DNA from: Bacteroidales bacterium UBA6680
Lineage (GTDB): Bacteria > Bacteroidota > Bacteroidia > Bacteroidales > UBA6680
DNA: 64,000 bases
Reading direction: 5' to 3'
Assembly (NCBI GenBank): GCA_002454955.1
Contig: DKJY01000045.1
Span: 42,282 to 106,281 of the forward strand
In this document: positions 37,685-46,784 of the stretch, piece after piece
How the letters are laid out: each line of letters starts with the position of its first letter
How positions within the stretch are numbered: the stretch's first letter is position 1
Translations under genes and position numbers: made by a program
The notes under the pieces: model-generated
What the model was told of the DNA's origin: nothing
Seen by the model: only the letters and a program-made list of their open reading frames with translations
Databases searched by the model: none

Positions 37685-38901
37685 TCTTTCTCCTCCTCTG
37701 CTGTAATCTCTCTGAACAGATCTAATATCTCATCATTTACGTTCTGTCCTTTACGCGCTAAAAAGAACTCTTTAAACAGCTCCTCACGACTCTTTTTCAG
37801 GTCAATTTCGTTTACACTACTGCTAATAAGTTCTCTGTTTTTTATATCAGGAATAATAGATATTATACCATTATGTATAGCATTTAATCGTTTTCTGTCT
37901 GCTGCTGTAAGATACTCATCAGCCTTTATTGTCAACTCCACAAGAGCTATCTCATTTTCTGACAGCCATTCAACAGCAGCATCAATATTATCAAATGTCT
38001 TACGCACCAATGGTCTACCTTTAGTTAGTTCACATCTCTTTACCTCTGCTTTCTCACCGGCTTTTACATCAACTATATTTACATATTTCTGTTGCGATGC
38101 CTCTGAAAAGCTATAACTTAAGGGGCTTCCACTATAACATATTGGATATCTGTTATCCTTTATTAACTGTGGTCTGTGAAGGTGTCCCAGAGCCACATAT
38201 TGTAGATTATCCGGAAAATTATCTGTATATATTGCCTGTGCTCCTCCTACATGAAGTATAGGTTTCTCATCATCCGGCTCCTCTTGTGGCTCTTCGCCTC
38301 TGCCAACTACAAACAGGTGTGTTGCAAGTATATTTACCCCTTTATCATCACAATACTGTTCCGATAACTCTTTCCAATACCTCTGCAATGTTTCTCTGAG
38401 TTCACTATCATTTTCAGGATTAATATACTGACGCATTCTTACCCCATTCGCATATGGTGTATGAATAATTCTCAGCTTTTCGTCGTTTCCGGATATAACA
38501 ATCTCTGCAAAACCTTTATCTGTATTAATAATCTCTACACCACTATCTAGTTTAACCTTATCTACAACAGTATTTGGATAACCAATAAGAATAATCCCAC
38601 ACTCCCTTGCCAAAGGGTCAGGTGCAGCTATCCTGTCTGGTGAATCATGATTACCGGCAATAGCAATTATTGGTCTTGCCCCATTGTTTGTCATTCGTTT
38701 TAGCGAACGATAAAAGAGATTGAGTGCATCCACCGGAGGTGTAAATGTATCAAACAGATCTCCTGAGATAATAATTGCATCAACATTCTCTCTGTTTGCT
38801 ATCTCTTCAATCTCGCACAATATATCTTTCTGCTCAGGCAATCTTGAGAAATCGTCTAATCTCTTCCCAAGATGCCAGTCAGACGTATGTAATATCTTCA
38901 T
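37681..38901 (-). CDS. sbcD: exonuclease SbcD (Mre11-like phosphoesterase)
   Basis: 406 aa with MKILHTSDWHLGK, ISGDLFD, AGNHDS and GHLH motifs. It has a 4-bp overlap with sbcC. Confidence 0.88.
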   Translation of the reverse strand: MKILHTSDWHLGKRLDDFSRLPEQKDILCEIEEIANRENVDAIIISGDLFDTFTPPVDALNLFYRSLKRMTNNGARPIIAIAGNHDSPDRIAAPDPLARECGIILIGYPNTVVDKVKLDSGVEIINTDKGFAEIVISGNDEKLRIIHTPYANGVRMRQYINPENDSELRETLQRYWKELSEQYCDDKGVNILATHLFVVGRGEEPQEEPDDEKPILHVGGAQAIYTDNFPDNLQYVALGHLHRPQLIKDNRYPICYSGSPLSYSFSEASQQKYVNIVDVKAGEKAEVKRCELTKGRPLVRKTFDNIDAAVEWLSENEIALVELTIKADEYLTAADRKRLNAIHNGIISIIPDIKNRELISSSVNEIDLKKSREELFKEFFLARKGQNVNDEILDLFREITAEEEKE

Positions 38902-38945
38902 ATGTATCTTATTCTCTCATAAAGAGTAAATATTCAAGCTTCTGT

Positions 38946-40286
38946 TTAGCCATGATTATCAACTGATGCATCACTCTTATCAGTTATCAGTTCCTCATTA
39001 AAAGAGTTATTAAGTTCTGTACTATTATCAGTAGCAGTAGCCTCATCTAATCCATCACCTTCCGGAGTATCAGTATCCTTCTCCTCTGATACCTTACCGT
39101 TACGCTTAGAACGCATAAGACCATATGCCATAACCACACTTGAAACAATTATAACCATAAGCAGTACTCCTGAGTTAAACTCACTCACCTGAAACGATTC
39201 AGGTATTGCAAAGAATAACAGTACTGTGATAAGTCCGCGTGGTGCAATCATAAACATAGGATTTATATCCTTCTTAAAGAACAGTCTGAAAACAAGGTAT
39301 CTTACCCCAAAAAGTATCCCCAGAATAATTATACTAACAACCACAACCTGCCCGTTAAAGAGTGTTGCTAACGATATTGTTGTTCCGAATATTATAAAAA
39401 AGAACGTACGAACAACAAATGAACTCTCAAGCGTAACAAGTCTGAAATCCTTAAGGATACTATCAACGGCCTCCTCTTTTATATGCCACGCCAATTTTCC
39501 TCTAAAGAATATATGACGATTAGATAAGAGTAACCCAAATACAAGTATTATTATAAGTGATGATAGATGAAGTGTCTTTCCTATTGAATAAAGAAGCAAC
39601 AACACTGCAATAAGAAGAAACAGTTTTACCTCTGTTTTTATATTCTGAAACAGAAATACAAGCCCATAACTTATTGCAACAGCCAGTGCTACAGTAATTA
39701 TTATTGTAAATACAACATTAAAACTAACCGATGCAACACCCGATGATTCTGCATGTTGTATCAAAAAGTAAAAGAACATAATCCCAAATATATCAGAGAA
39801 AGTACTCTCATATATCATAAACTCCTTTTTATACTCAGACAGTTCATTTACACTTGGTATTACAATAGCACTACTTATAATCGACAGCGGAATAGCGTAA
39901 ATAAGAGATGTATAGTAATCAGCATCAATATACATCTGTATTACATATGCAATAACAAACGCATTAATCATTAACGATATAAGTGCAATAGAGAACGATT
40001 TAATGATCAGTCCCCGTTTATCACGCGTAAGTTTAAGATCCAGAGCAGCTTCCAGTACAATCATTATTAGTCCTATTATACCCAATATCTCAAGCACAGA
40101 AAAAAAGTCAATCTCCTCTGACATTCCTGTAGCACTTATAAGATAACGTATACCAATACCCGTTGTAATAAGCATTAATACACTTGGCACTCCAGTTCTT
40201 TTAGAGATAATATTAAACAGGTACGAAACTATAAGTATAACTGAAACAGCTATAATAAAGCCATAAGATTGAAAAATATTCATCAA
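38946..40286 (-). CDS. cation:proton antiporter (Na+/H+ exchanger family) with acidic C-terminal tail
   Basis: 446 aa with about 11-12 TM segments, typical CPA-family length and hydropathy. The family call is by eye only. Confidence 0.7.
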   Translation of the reverse strand: MMNIFQSYGFIIAVSVILIVSYLFNIISKRTGVPSVLMLITTGIGIRYLISATGMSEEIDFFSVLEILGIIGLIMIVLEAALDLKLTRDKRGLIIKSFSIALISLMINAFVIAYVIQMYIDADYYTSLIYAIPLSIISSAIVIPSVNELSEYKKEFMIYESTFSDIFGIMFFYFLIQHAESSGVASVSFNVVFTIIITVALAVAISYGLVFLFQNIKTEVKLFLLIAVLLLLYSIGKTLHLSSLIIILVFGLLLSNRHIFFRGKLAWHIKEEAVDSILKDFRLVTLESSFVVRTFFFIIFGTTISLATLFNGQVVVVSIIILGILFGVRYLVFRLFFKKDINPMFMIAPRGLITVLLFFAIPESFQVSEFNSGVLLMVIIVSSVVMAYGLMRSKRNGKVSEEKDTDTPEGDGLDEATATDNSTELNNSFNEELITDKSDASVDNHG

Positions 40287-40640
40287 TAATTATATTTGTT
40301 GTTTTGCTAAAGATAAAATAATAATTGCTACTTAGAGGTATCTCATAAAACAAAAAAATAGTATATCCGTTATAATAATCTGTAACACAATATCAATTAA
40401 CAAACCTTGTATTAAAAGATTATCTCGCAATTAGCTGTGGTAAAATAAATATACAATCTGTTCATCATATGATATAGCTATACCTTATAACAACACAAAC
40501 ACAATTTAAGAATAAATACTAAATTTAGCAGACAGATAATTTCTGTTGGTGCGTATAATTGCTATAATCTTAGTTCCGTAATACATATAGCGCTTATATT
40601 AAACTACTAAGAATCTAATCTGTAATTTACAAAGCTTTTG

Positions 40641-41378
40641 GCAACGACTTTTATATTATTCTTTCCTGAATAACCATGTCATCAACTACCTTTGATTTAA
40701 TCGCTCAGAAGTAATAGTACTATCAACTACCTTTTATTTAATCTCGTGGAAGTAATCATTTTGTCGATTACTCTTGATTTAACAACCCATAAATAATTGT
40801 TTTGTCAGCTACTTTTATATTATTCCTTCATTAATAACTATATCATCAACTACCTTTGATTTAATCACTCAGGAGTAATTGTACTATCAACTACTTTTTG
40901 TTTAATATTTTGTAAAAAATCATTTTATCGGTTACTCTTGATTTAATAACTCAGAAATAATTGTTTTGTCAGTTACTTTTATATTATTCCTTCATGAATA
41001 ACTATATCATCAACTACTTTTGATTTAATTGCTCAGGAGTAATTATAATATCAACTACTTTTTGTTTAACATTATGGGAAAAATCATTTTGTCAGTTACT
41101 CTTGATTTAATAACCCAGAAATAATTGTTTTGTCAGTTACTTTTATATTATTCCTTCATTAATAACTATATCATCAACTACTTTTGATTTAATCGCTCAG
41201 AAGTAATAATACTATCAACTACCTTTTGTTTAATCTCGTGGAAGTAATCATTTTGTCGATTACTCTTGATTTAATAACCCAGAAATAATTGTTTTGTCAG
41301 TTACTTTCATATTATTTCTTTATGAATAACAATATCATCAACTACTTTTTGTTTAACCCTTGAATATTAACGATTCTC
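40641..41378. repeat. noncoding tandem array: 18 units of exactly 41 bp, organised as a 164-bp higher-order repeat (4 unit types) x ~4.4
   Basis: Unit starts are at 40682, 40723, 40764, 40805 ... 41338, every 41 bp with no exceptions. The core is TCARYTACYTTTKRTTTAAY. The first (40641) and last (41338) units are degenerate. Stops occur in all six frames. Confidence 0.92.
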
Positions 41379-41549
41379 ACAACAAGAGATTCTATTTCTA
41401 GTATTCTGTGTATATATACATGTCTCTTTTTGTCAAGTATTATCCTTTTTTAATAACTTTATCATATAAACAATTGGTCTCAACTCAATACACTATCAAC
41501 TTTACTAATAGTATATGAGTTACGACTTATAAATATAAAAACATACACC

Positions 41550-42242
41550 ATGAATATTATTATAACCGGAGCTTCAAGAGGTATAGGTTTAGAGATGGTA
41601 AAGCACTTTGCCGCTAATAAAGAGAACAGAGTGGTAGCTGTATCAAGAAACATAAAACCATTAGAGGATATAAGTAAAAACAACAATGTATATCCAATAT
41701 CACTTGATCTTACAGCACTGATTAAAGATGAAACTATCTTATCCTCTTTTGTATCTGAAATATTCTCAAAGACCGATATAATCATTAATAATGCAGGATA
41801 TCTGAAAGCAGAAAATTTTGTTAGTTCTGATGTAAACAGTGCTATTGAGATGTTTAATGTTAATTACTTTGGTCTTTCGCAAGTGATAAAAACCATGTAT
41901 GAGTCGCTTAAGCAGGCTGATAATCCGCACATTGTAAACATAAGTAGCATGGGTGGCTTTCAGGGTAGTGCAAAATTTGCCGGATTATCTCACTACTCTG
42001 CATCAAAAGCAGCTGTAGTCTCTTTAACAGAGGTGCTTGCAGAGGAGTTTAAGAAGGATAATATTAAGGTTAATGCTCTTGCTTTGGGTGCTGTTGAAAC
42101 AGAGATGCTTAATGAAGCTTTTCCCGGATATAAAGCTCCGATTTGTGCTAAAGATATGGCCGCATTCATATGTAACTTTGCACAAGAGACGCACAGATAT
42201 ATAAATGGTAAGGTTGTACCTGTATCATTAAGTACGCCATAG
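41550..42242 (+). CDS. SDR family oxidoreductase
   Basis: 230 aa with TGASRGIG cofactor motif, NNAG, and the S...YSASK catalytic motif. Confidence 0.87.
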   Translation: MNIIITGASRGIGLEMVKHFAANKENRVVAVSRNIKPLEDISKNNNVYPISLDLTALIKDETILSSFVSEIFSKTDIIINNAGYLKAENFVSSDVNSAIEMFNVNYFGLSQVIKTMYESLKQADNPHIVNISSMGGFQGSAKFAGLSHYSASKAAVVSLTEVLAEEFKKDNIKVNALALGAVETEMLNEAFPGYKAPICAKDMAAFICNFAQETHRYINGKVVPVSLSTP

Positions 42243-42472
42243 TATTGCAGTAAACTATTAATATAGCAAATTGTTTTAGACAATAGCTAAAAACTATACC
42301 TATATAAGTATAACAGCAGTAGTACTCTTATACAAGTCCTTATTGAATAAAAATTCATCTCTGATTTAATCATTTCAGAACCCCTTTTTATCAGTTGGGA
42401 AATATTACAATACCCTTTTGCATTATGTTAGTTTTCTTTGTATAAGACAAGATAACAACAAAAAGTAGTGTA

Positions 42473-43543
42473 ATGTATAATAGAGTATTAGTTGGTGTAT
42501 TGCTTACTGCTACACTTATTGTGGCTGGCTGTGGTAATAACAACAAAGGAAGTAAAGAACTTATCAGAAAAGTAAAAGTAGCTGAGGTTACTAAAACATC
42601 ACCCGAACTAACAAAAGAGTTTTCAGGTATTATTAAGGAGGCTAAAGAGGTTAATCTGGCATTCAGAGTTGCCGGGAAAATTGAGAAGATTCTTGTAAAA
42701 GAGGGTGATTATGTAAAAAAGGGCGATCTTATTGCAATGATTGATCCACGTGATTATGAGGTTCAGGCTGCTGTGGCAAAGGCTCAGTATGAACAGGTAA
42801 AAGCTGAAGCTTCGCGTGTTAACGAGCTATATAACAGAAAAAGTATTGCCGAAAATGACTACGACAAAGCTGTTGCGGGCGAGAAGATGTTAAGCTCAAA
42901 GCTTAAACATGCAAACGATCAGTTAAATGACACCAAACTGTATGCCCCATTCTCGGGTTATATACAGAACATTAATTACGATAATGGCGAGATGATAAAT
43001 ACCGGGTTTACGCTTGCTACAATAATAAATGTTGAGCACTATAGTGTTGAGGTAGATATACCGGCATCGTTATTTATCAAGAAAGATAAATTTGTATCGT
43101 TTGCATGTCAGCAATCAATGATTGGTAATAAGGAGTTTCCTCTCAGTTTTGTTTCATTCAATAAAAAGGCAAATAGCAATCAGCTATATCGATTATACTT
43201 CAGATTAGATCCTAAAAAGGATAAGAGACTTGCCCCAGGTATGGATGTTAAGGTTACAATAAACTATCAAAATGGTTCAAACAACCATGTTATGGTACCT
43301 ATAAATGCCATTTTTAACAGAGAGGGAAAATCGTTTGTATGGTTATATAGTAAGGATACCAGAACAGTTACATCAAAACAGGTTATAGTTGACGGACTTG
43401 CGGGTAAAGGATTTGCAAACATAAAATCTGGTTTAAACGGTACAGAAGTAATTGTTGTTGCCGGTGTAAACATACTTAAAGAGAATCAGAGAGTCGATAT
43501 CCTTTCAAACACGTCTGACACTAATGTTGGAGGGCTCTTGTAA
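42473..43543 (+). CDS. efflux RND transporter periplasmic adaptor subunit
   Basis: 356 aa with lipoprotein signal (VAGC). It has lipoyl/hairpin/beta-barrel architecture (VKKGDLIAMIDPRDYEVQ..., LYAPFSGYI). Confidence 0.85.
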   Translation: MYNRVLVGVLLTATLIVAGCGNNNKGSKELIRKVKVAEVTKTSPELTKEFSGIIKEAKEVNLAFRVAGKIEKILVKEGDYVKKGDLIAMIDPRDYEVQAAVAKAQYEQVKAEASRVNELYNRKSIAENDYDKAVAGEKMLSSKLKHANDQLNDTKLYAPFSGYIQNINYDNGEMINTGFTLATIINVEHYSVEVDIPASLFIKKDKFVSFACQQSMIGNKEFPLSFVSFNKKANSNQLYRLYFRLDPKKDKRLAPGMDVKVTINYQNGSNNHVMVPINAIFNREGKSFVWLYSKDTRTVTSKQVIVDGLAGKGFANIKSGLNGTEVIVVAGVNILKENQRVDILSNTSDTNVGGLL

Positions 43544-46500
43544 TGCATATTTCTGAATTATCGTTTAAACGAAGAGCTCTGTTTAACTTCCTGCTCTTCT
43601 GCATTATTGTTGGCGGCATTCTATCGTTTAACACAATCAGTAAACTTGAGGATCCTGAGATAGTTATAATGCAAAGTAAGGTGGTTACTATATATCCGGG
43701 TGCCTCTGCGCACGAGGTAGAGATGCAGGTAACCGATATTCTTGAGAACGAGATTAGTGCTCTTGCTGATTTAAATCTTATAAAATCACAATCGGCTGCA
43801 AACGTATCTATAATTGATGTAGAGTTAGAGATGACCGTTCCGCAAGAGGAGATAGAGCAACGGTGGGAGTTTCTGAGACGCAAAATAAGTTATGCTATCT
43901 CTAAACTACCTGAAGGGTGTCAAGAGCCATCAGTAATAGATGATTTTGGCGATGTGTATGGTATGTTCTATGCCATGACGGGTGATGGATACTCATATAA
44001 AGAGATGAATGATTACGCCGACTATGTTAAGAGAGAGATGCTTGAGATAGATGGTGTAAGCAAAGTTCAGATATACGGAGAGCAGTCTCCTACTGTAGAT
44101 ATTACGCTTAGTACAGAAAAAATGTCGGAGATGGGACTGTTCCCTATGCAGGTTATATCTGCTATTCAAGGGCAGAATAAAACAGTGTACTCTGGTGCTC
44201 TGCAAACAGGTAATAACAAGATTAAGGTAAACGTAAGCGATAAGTTAACCAGTATTGACGACCTCCGAAACCTTATTATTCACGGAGCAAATGGCGATCA
44301 GTTTCATCTATCGGATATTGCTACCGTTGAACATGCCTATAAAACACCTTTGAAGAATACAATGTTTCTGAATAATAAAAAGGCTCTGGGTATCTCAATA
44401 TCAATGGAGTCAGGAGAGAATATTGTTGCATTAGGTAGTAAAGTAGAGAAAAAACTAGAAGAGTTAAAGAGAGATATACCTGTAGGACTTGAGTTTGATA
44501 AGGTATTCTTTCAGCCAGAAAAGGTGTCTAAATCAATTGGTGGATTTATGATTAACCTTATTGCTTCTGTTATTATTGTAGCTCTTGTACTTATGATTAC
44601 AATGGGATTACGAAGCGGATTAATAATTGGTGCAGGACTAGTTCTTACCATACTGGCAACATTCCCTATCCTGTTATCTACCGGAGGTACATTACAGAGA
44701 ATATCATTAGGTGCTTTTATTGTAGCTATGGGTATGCTTGTAGATAATGCTATTGTTATTATAGATGGTATTATTGTTGACTTACAGAAGGGACGACGTA
44801 CCAAATCTACATTCACCAGAACAGCCAAACGTACATCTATGCCATTGCTAGGTGCAACAATTATTGCTGTTGCTGCATTCTTACCGGTGTTCCTCTCAAA
44901 AGATACTGCCGGAACATACACCAGAGATCTGTTTATTGTATTATGTATATCGCTATTGTTAAGCTGGTTACTTGCATTAACACAGGTTCCTCTATTTGCT
45001 GCACGTTACCTGAAAAAGAAGAAAAAGAGCGAAGATCCGCATACACGCAAAGAGTATCAGATAATAAAACGCGTTTTACACTTCTTTATGCAACATAAAA
45101 CAGCTACAGTGGTTGTTTCTGTAATACTTCTGGCAATATCGGGTTACAGCTTTAAATATGTAAAACAGACTTTCTTCCCTGATTTTGATTATAATCAGGT
45201 TTATATAGAGTATAAACTGCCTGAAGGGACATGTCCTGACAAAGTAAACCGCGATTTAAAAAGCATTACAGAACACTTTCTTAGCTACAAAGAGGTTGAG
45301 ATGGTTGTAGCAAGTCAGGGAATGACTCCAACAAGGTACTCTCTTGTAAGAGCTATTGGTGAGATGTCTGATAGTTACGGTGAGCTTATTGTAAATTTTG
45401 CCGACTATGAGACAATGATAAAGATGCGACCAGTATTAGCTGAATATCTGCACTCTAATTACCCAGATGCATATACACGTATCAGGAAGTACAATCTTTC
45501 TATAAAATCGTCGCATACTGTTGAGGTAGAGTTCTCTGGTCCAGATCCTGCTATCCTGCGAGACCTTAGCAAACAGGCAAGAGAGGTTATGGCAGCAAAT
45601 CCATATACAGATAAATACACAATTCAGGATAACTGGCAACCAATTGGTAAAGCCTTATATGCAAAGTACGATCAATCTGCAGCACGCAGGGTTGGTGCAA
45701 CACGTTTTGATGTAAGCAATGCAATACTTGCTGCAACCGATGGACTTCCTATCGGATATCTGCATCAGGGAGAGACCAAGTATGCTATAAATCTAAAAAC
45801 TGTAAACAGCAATGGATCAAAGATTGAGGATCTGAATGAGATGCCTGTCTGGAATATGATACCAAATGTATTTGCCGTTGATAAATCTACAGTTGAGGGC
45901 ATTGTAAATGGTTCTAAAACAGTTGAAGACGCTGCAAAAGAGATTATTAATCCGGTACCATTAAGTGCTGTTACAAAAGGCGTTGATATTGAGTGGGAAG
46001 AGAGCATTGTTCGCAGATCTAATGGCAAAAGAACGATACAGGCAGAGTGTGATCCTATTGACGGATATAGCCCTGCATTGGTAAGAGGATCTATAATGGA
46101 TGATATTGAGAATATTGAGTTGCCAGATGGATATAGCATGAAATGGATGGGCGAATATGACTTGCAAAGTACCGCTCTGTACAACATATTCAGATATCTG
46201 CCTATTGCAATAATACTTATTATTATAACACTTATACTTCTGTTCAACGACTATAAAAAGCCAATAATAATAATACTATGTATACCAATGGCTATAATTG
46301 GTATTGTACCGGGTTTAATTGTAACAGGAATGCCTTTTACGTTTATTGCAATCATAGGATCGCTTGGATTAATGGGAATGCTTATTAAGAACTCAATAGT
46401 ATTAATTGATGAAATAGGAAAGCAGATAAAGGAAGGAGCCAAACGATACGATGCTGTTATTAATGCAACAATATCAAGGGTACGTCCGGTAATAATGGCA

Positions 46501-46680
46501 TCCTTTACAACCATCTTAGGTATGCTACCACTATTCACTGATCCTATGTATAATAGCATGGCTGTAGCTGTTATAAGTGGTCTAATTGTAGGAACTCTTA
46601 TAACCCTGGTTTTTGTACCAATACTTTATGCTCTGTTCTTTGGGATATCAAAACAGGAATCTGTTGAGCATGCAAGGTAA
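43543..46680 (+). CDS. efflux RND transporter permease subunit (AcrB/HAE1-like)
   Basis: 1045 aa with a 12-TM, two-large-loop architecture. It has a TAATG stop/start overlap with the adaptor gene. Confidence 0.9.
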   Translation: MHISELSFKRRALFNFLLFCIIVGGILSFNTISKLEDPEIVIMQSKVVTIYPGASAHEVEMQVTDILENEISALADLNLIKSQSAANVSIIDVELEMTVPQEEIEQRWEFLRRKISYAISKLPEGCQEPSVIDDFGDVYGMFYAMTGDGYSYKEMNDYADYVKREMLEIDGVSKVQIYGEQSPTVDITLSTEKMSEMGLFPMQVISAIQGQNKTVYSGALQTGNNKIKVNVSDKLTSIDDLRNLIIHGANGDQFHLSDIATVEHAYKTPLKNTMFLNNKKALGISISMESGENIVALGSKVEKKLEELKRDIPVGLEFDKVFFQPEKVSKSIGGFMINLIASVIIVALVLMITMGLRSGLIIGAGLVLTILATFPILLSTGGTLQRISLGAFIVAMGMLVDNAIVIIDGIIVDLQKGRRTKSTFTRTAKRTSMPLLGATIIAVAAFLPVFLSKDTAGTYTRDLFIVLCISLLLSWLLALTQVPLFAARYLKKKKKSEDPHTRKEYQIIKRVLHFFMQHKTATVVVSVILLAISGYSFKYVKQTFFPDFDYNQVYIEYKLPEGTCPDKVNRDLKSITEHFLSYKEVEMVVASQGMTPTRYSLVRAIGEMSDSYGELIVNFADYETMIKMRPVLAEYLHSNYPDAYTRIRKYNLSIKSSHTVEVEFSGPDPAILRDLSKQAREVMAANPYTDKYTIQDNWQPIGKALYAKYDQSAARRVGATRFDVSNAILAATDGLPIGYLHQGETKYAINLKTVNSNGSKIEDLNEMPVWNMIPNVFAVDKSTVEGIVNGSKTVEDAAKEIINPVPLSAVTKGVDIEWEESIVRRSNGKRTIQAECDPIDGYSPALVRGSIMDDIENIELPDGYSMKWMGEYDLQSTALYNIFRYLPIAIILIIITLILLFNDYKKPIIIILCIPMAIIGIVPGLIVTGMPFTFIAIIGSLGLMGMLIKNSIVLIDEIGKQIKEGAKRYDAVINATISRVRPVIMASFTTILGMLPLFTDPMYNSMAVAVISGLIVGTLITLVFVPILYALFFGISKQESVEHAR

Positions 46681-46692
46681 TATCAGTTTAAT

Positions 46693-46784
46693 ATGAAACG
46701 AAGCATGAGAATGGTTATTCACACACACCGAGAATGATTATAATGCGAGTTCCATATGGCAAATGAAAAAACAATTATAAACAG
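46693..46784 (+). promoter_or_regulatory. conserved ~90-nt leader element, copy 2 (paralog of 34043-34130)
   Basis: This element fills almost the whole 104-bp gap between the RND pump and OMF genes. The shared blocks are those listed for copy 1, including 19 identical nt running into the start codon. Confidence 0.55.

Noticed and set aside
34616-38901. SbcC/SbcD pair as a novel SMC-type anti-phage defence system
   Set aside because: This is canonical sbcDC: Mre11-type phosphoesterase motifs, a Rad50-type ATPase with the CxxC zinc hook, and a 4-bp overlapping operon. There are no extra effector or sensor genes, and the neighbours are housekeeping genes.
40751-40772. Hairpin AGTAATC-N8-GATTACT at the C/D unit junction as evidence for a structured repeat RNA
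   Set aside because: The hairpin is perfect only in HOR copies 1 and 4. In copies 2 and 3 the pairing collapses to 4 bp or less without compensatory changes. It is therefore not a conserved structure.
40641-41378. CRISPR array (regular repeat plus variable spacer appearance)
   Set aside because: The 41-bp period is far too short, giving a repeat of about 20 nt and a spacer of about 21 nt. The apparent spacers recur in a fixed A-B-C-D order, so they are part of a 164-bp higher-order repeat and not unique acquisitions. No cas genes or leader are in the window.
41480-41785. 101-aa minus-strand ORF overlapping the SDR gene start
   Set aside because: It is antisense to a gene with unambiguous SDR motifs (TGASRGIG, YSASK) and has no features of its own.
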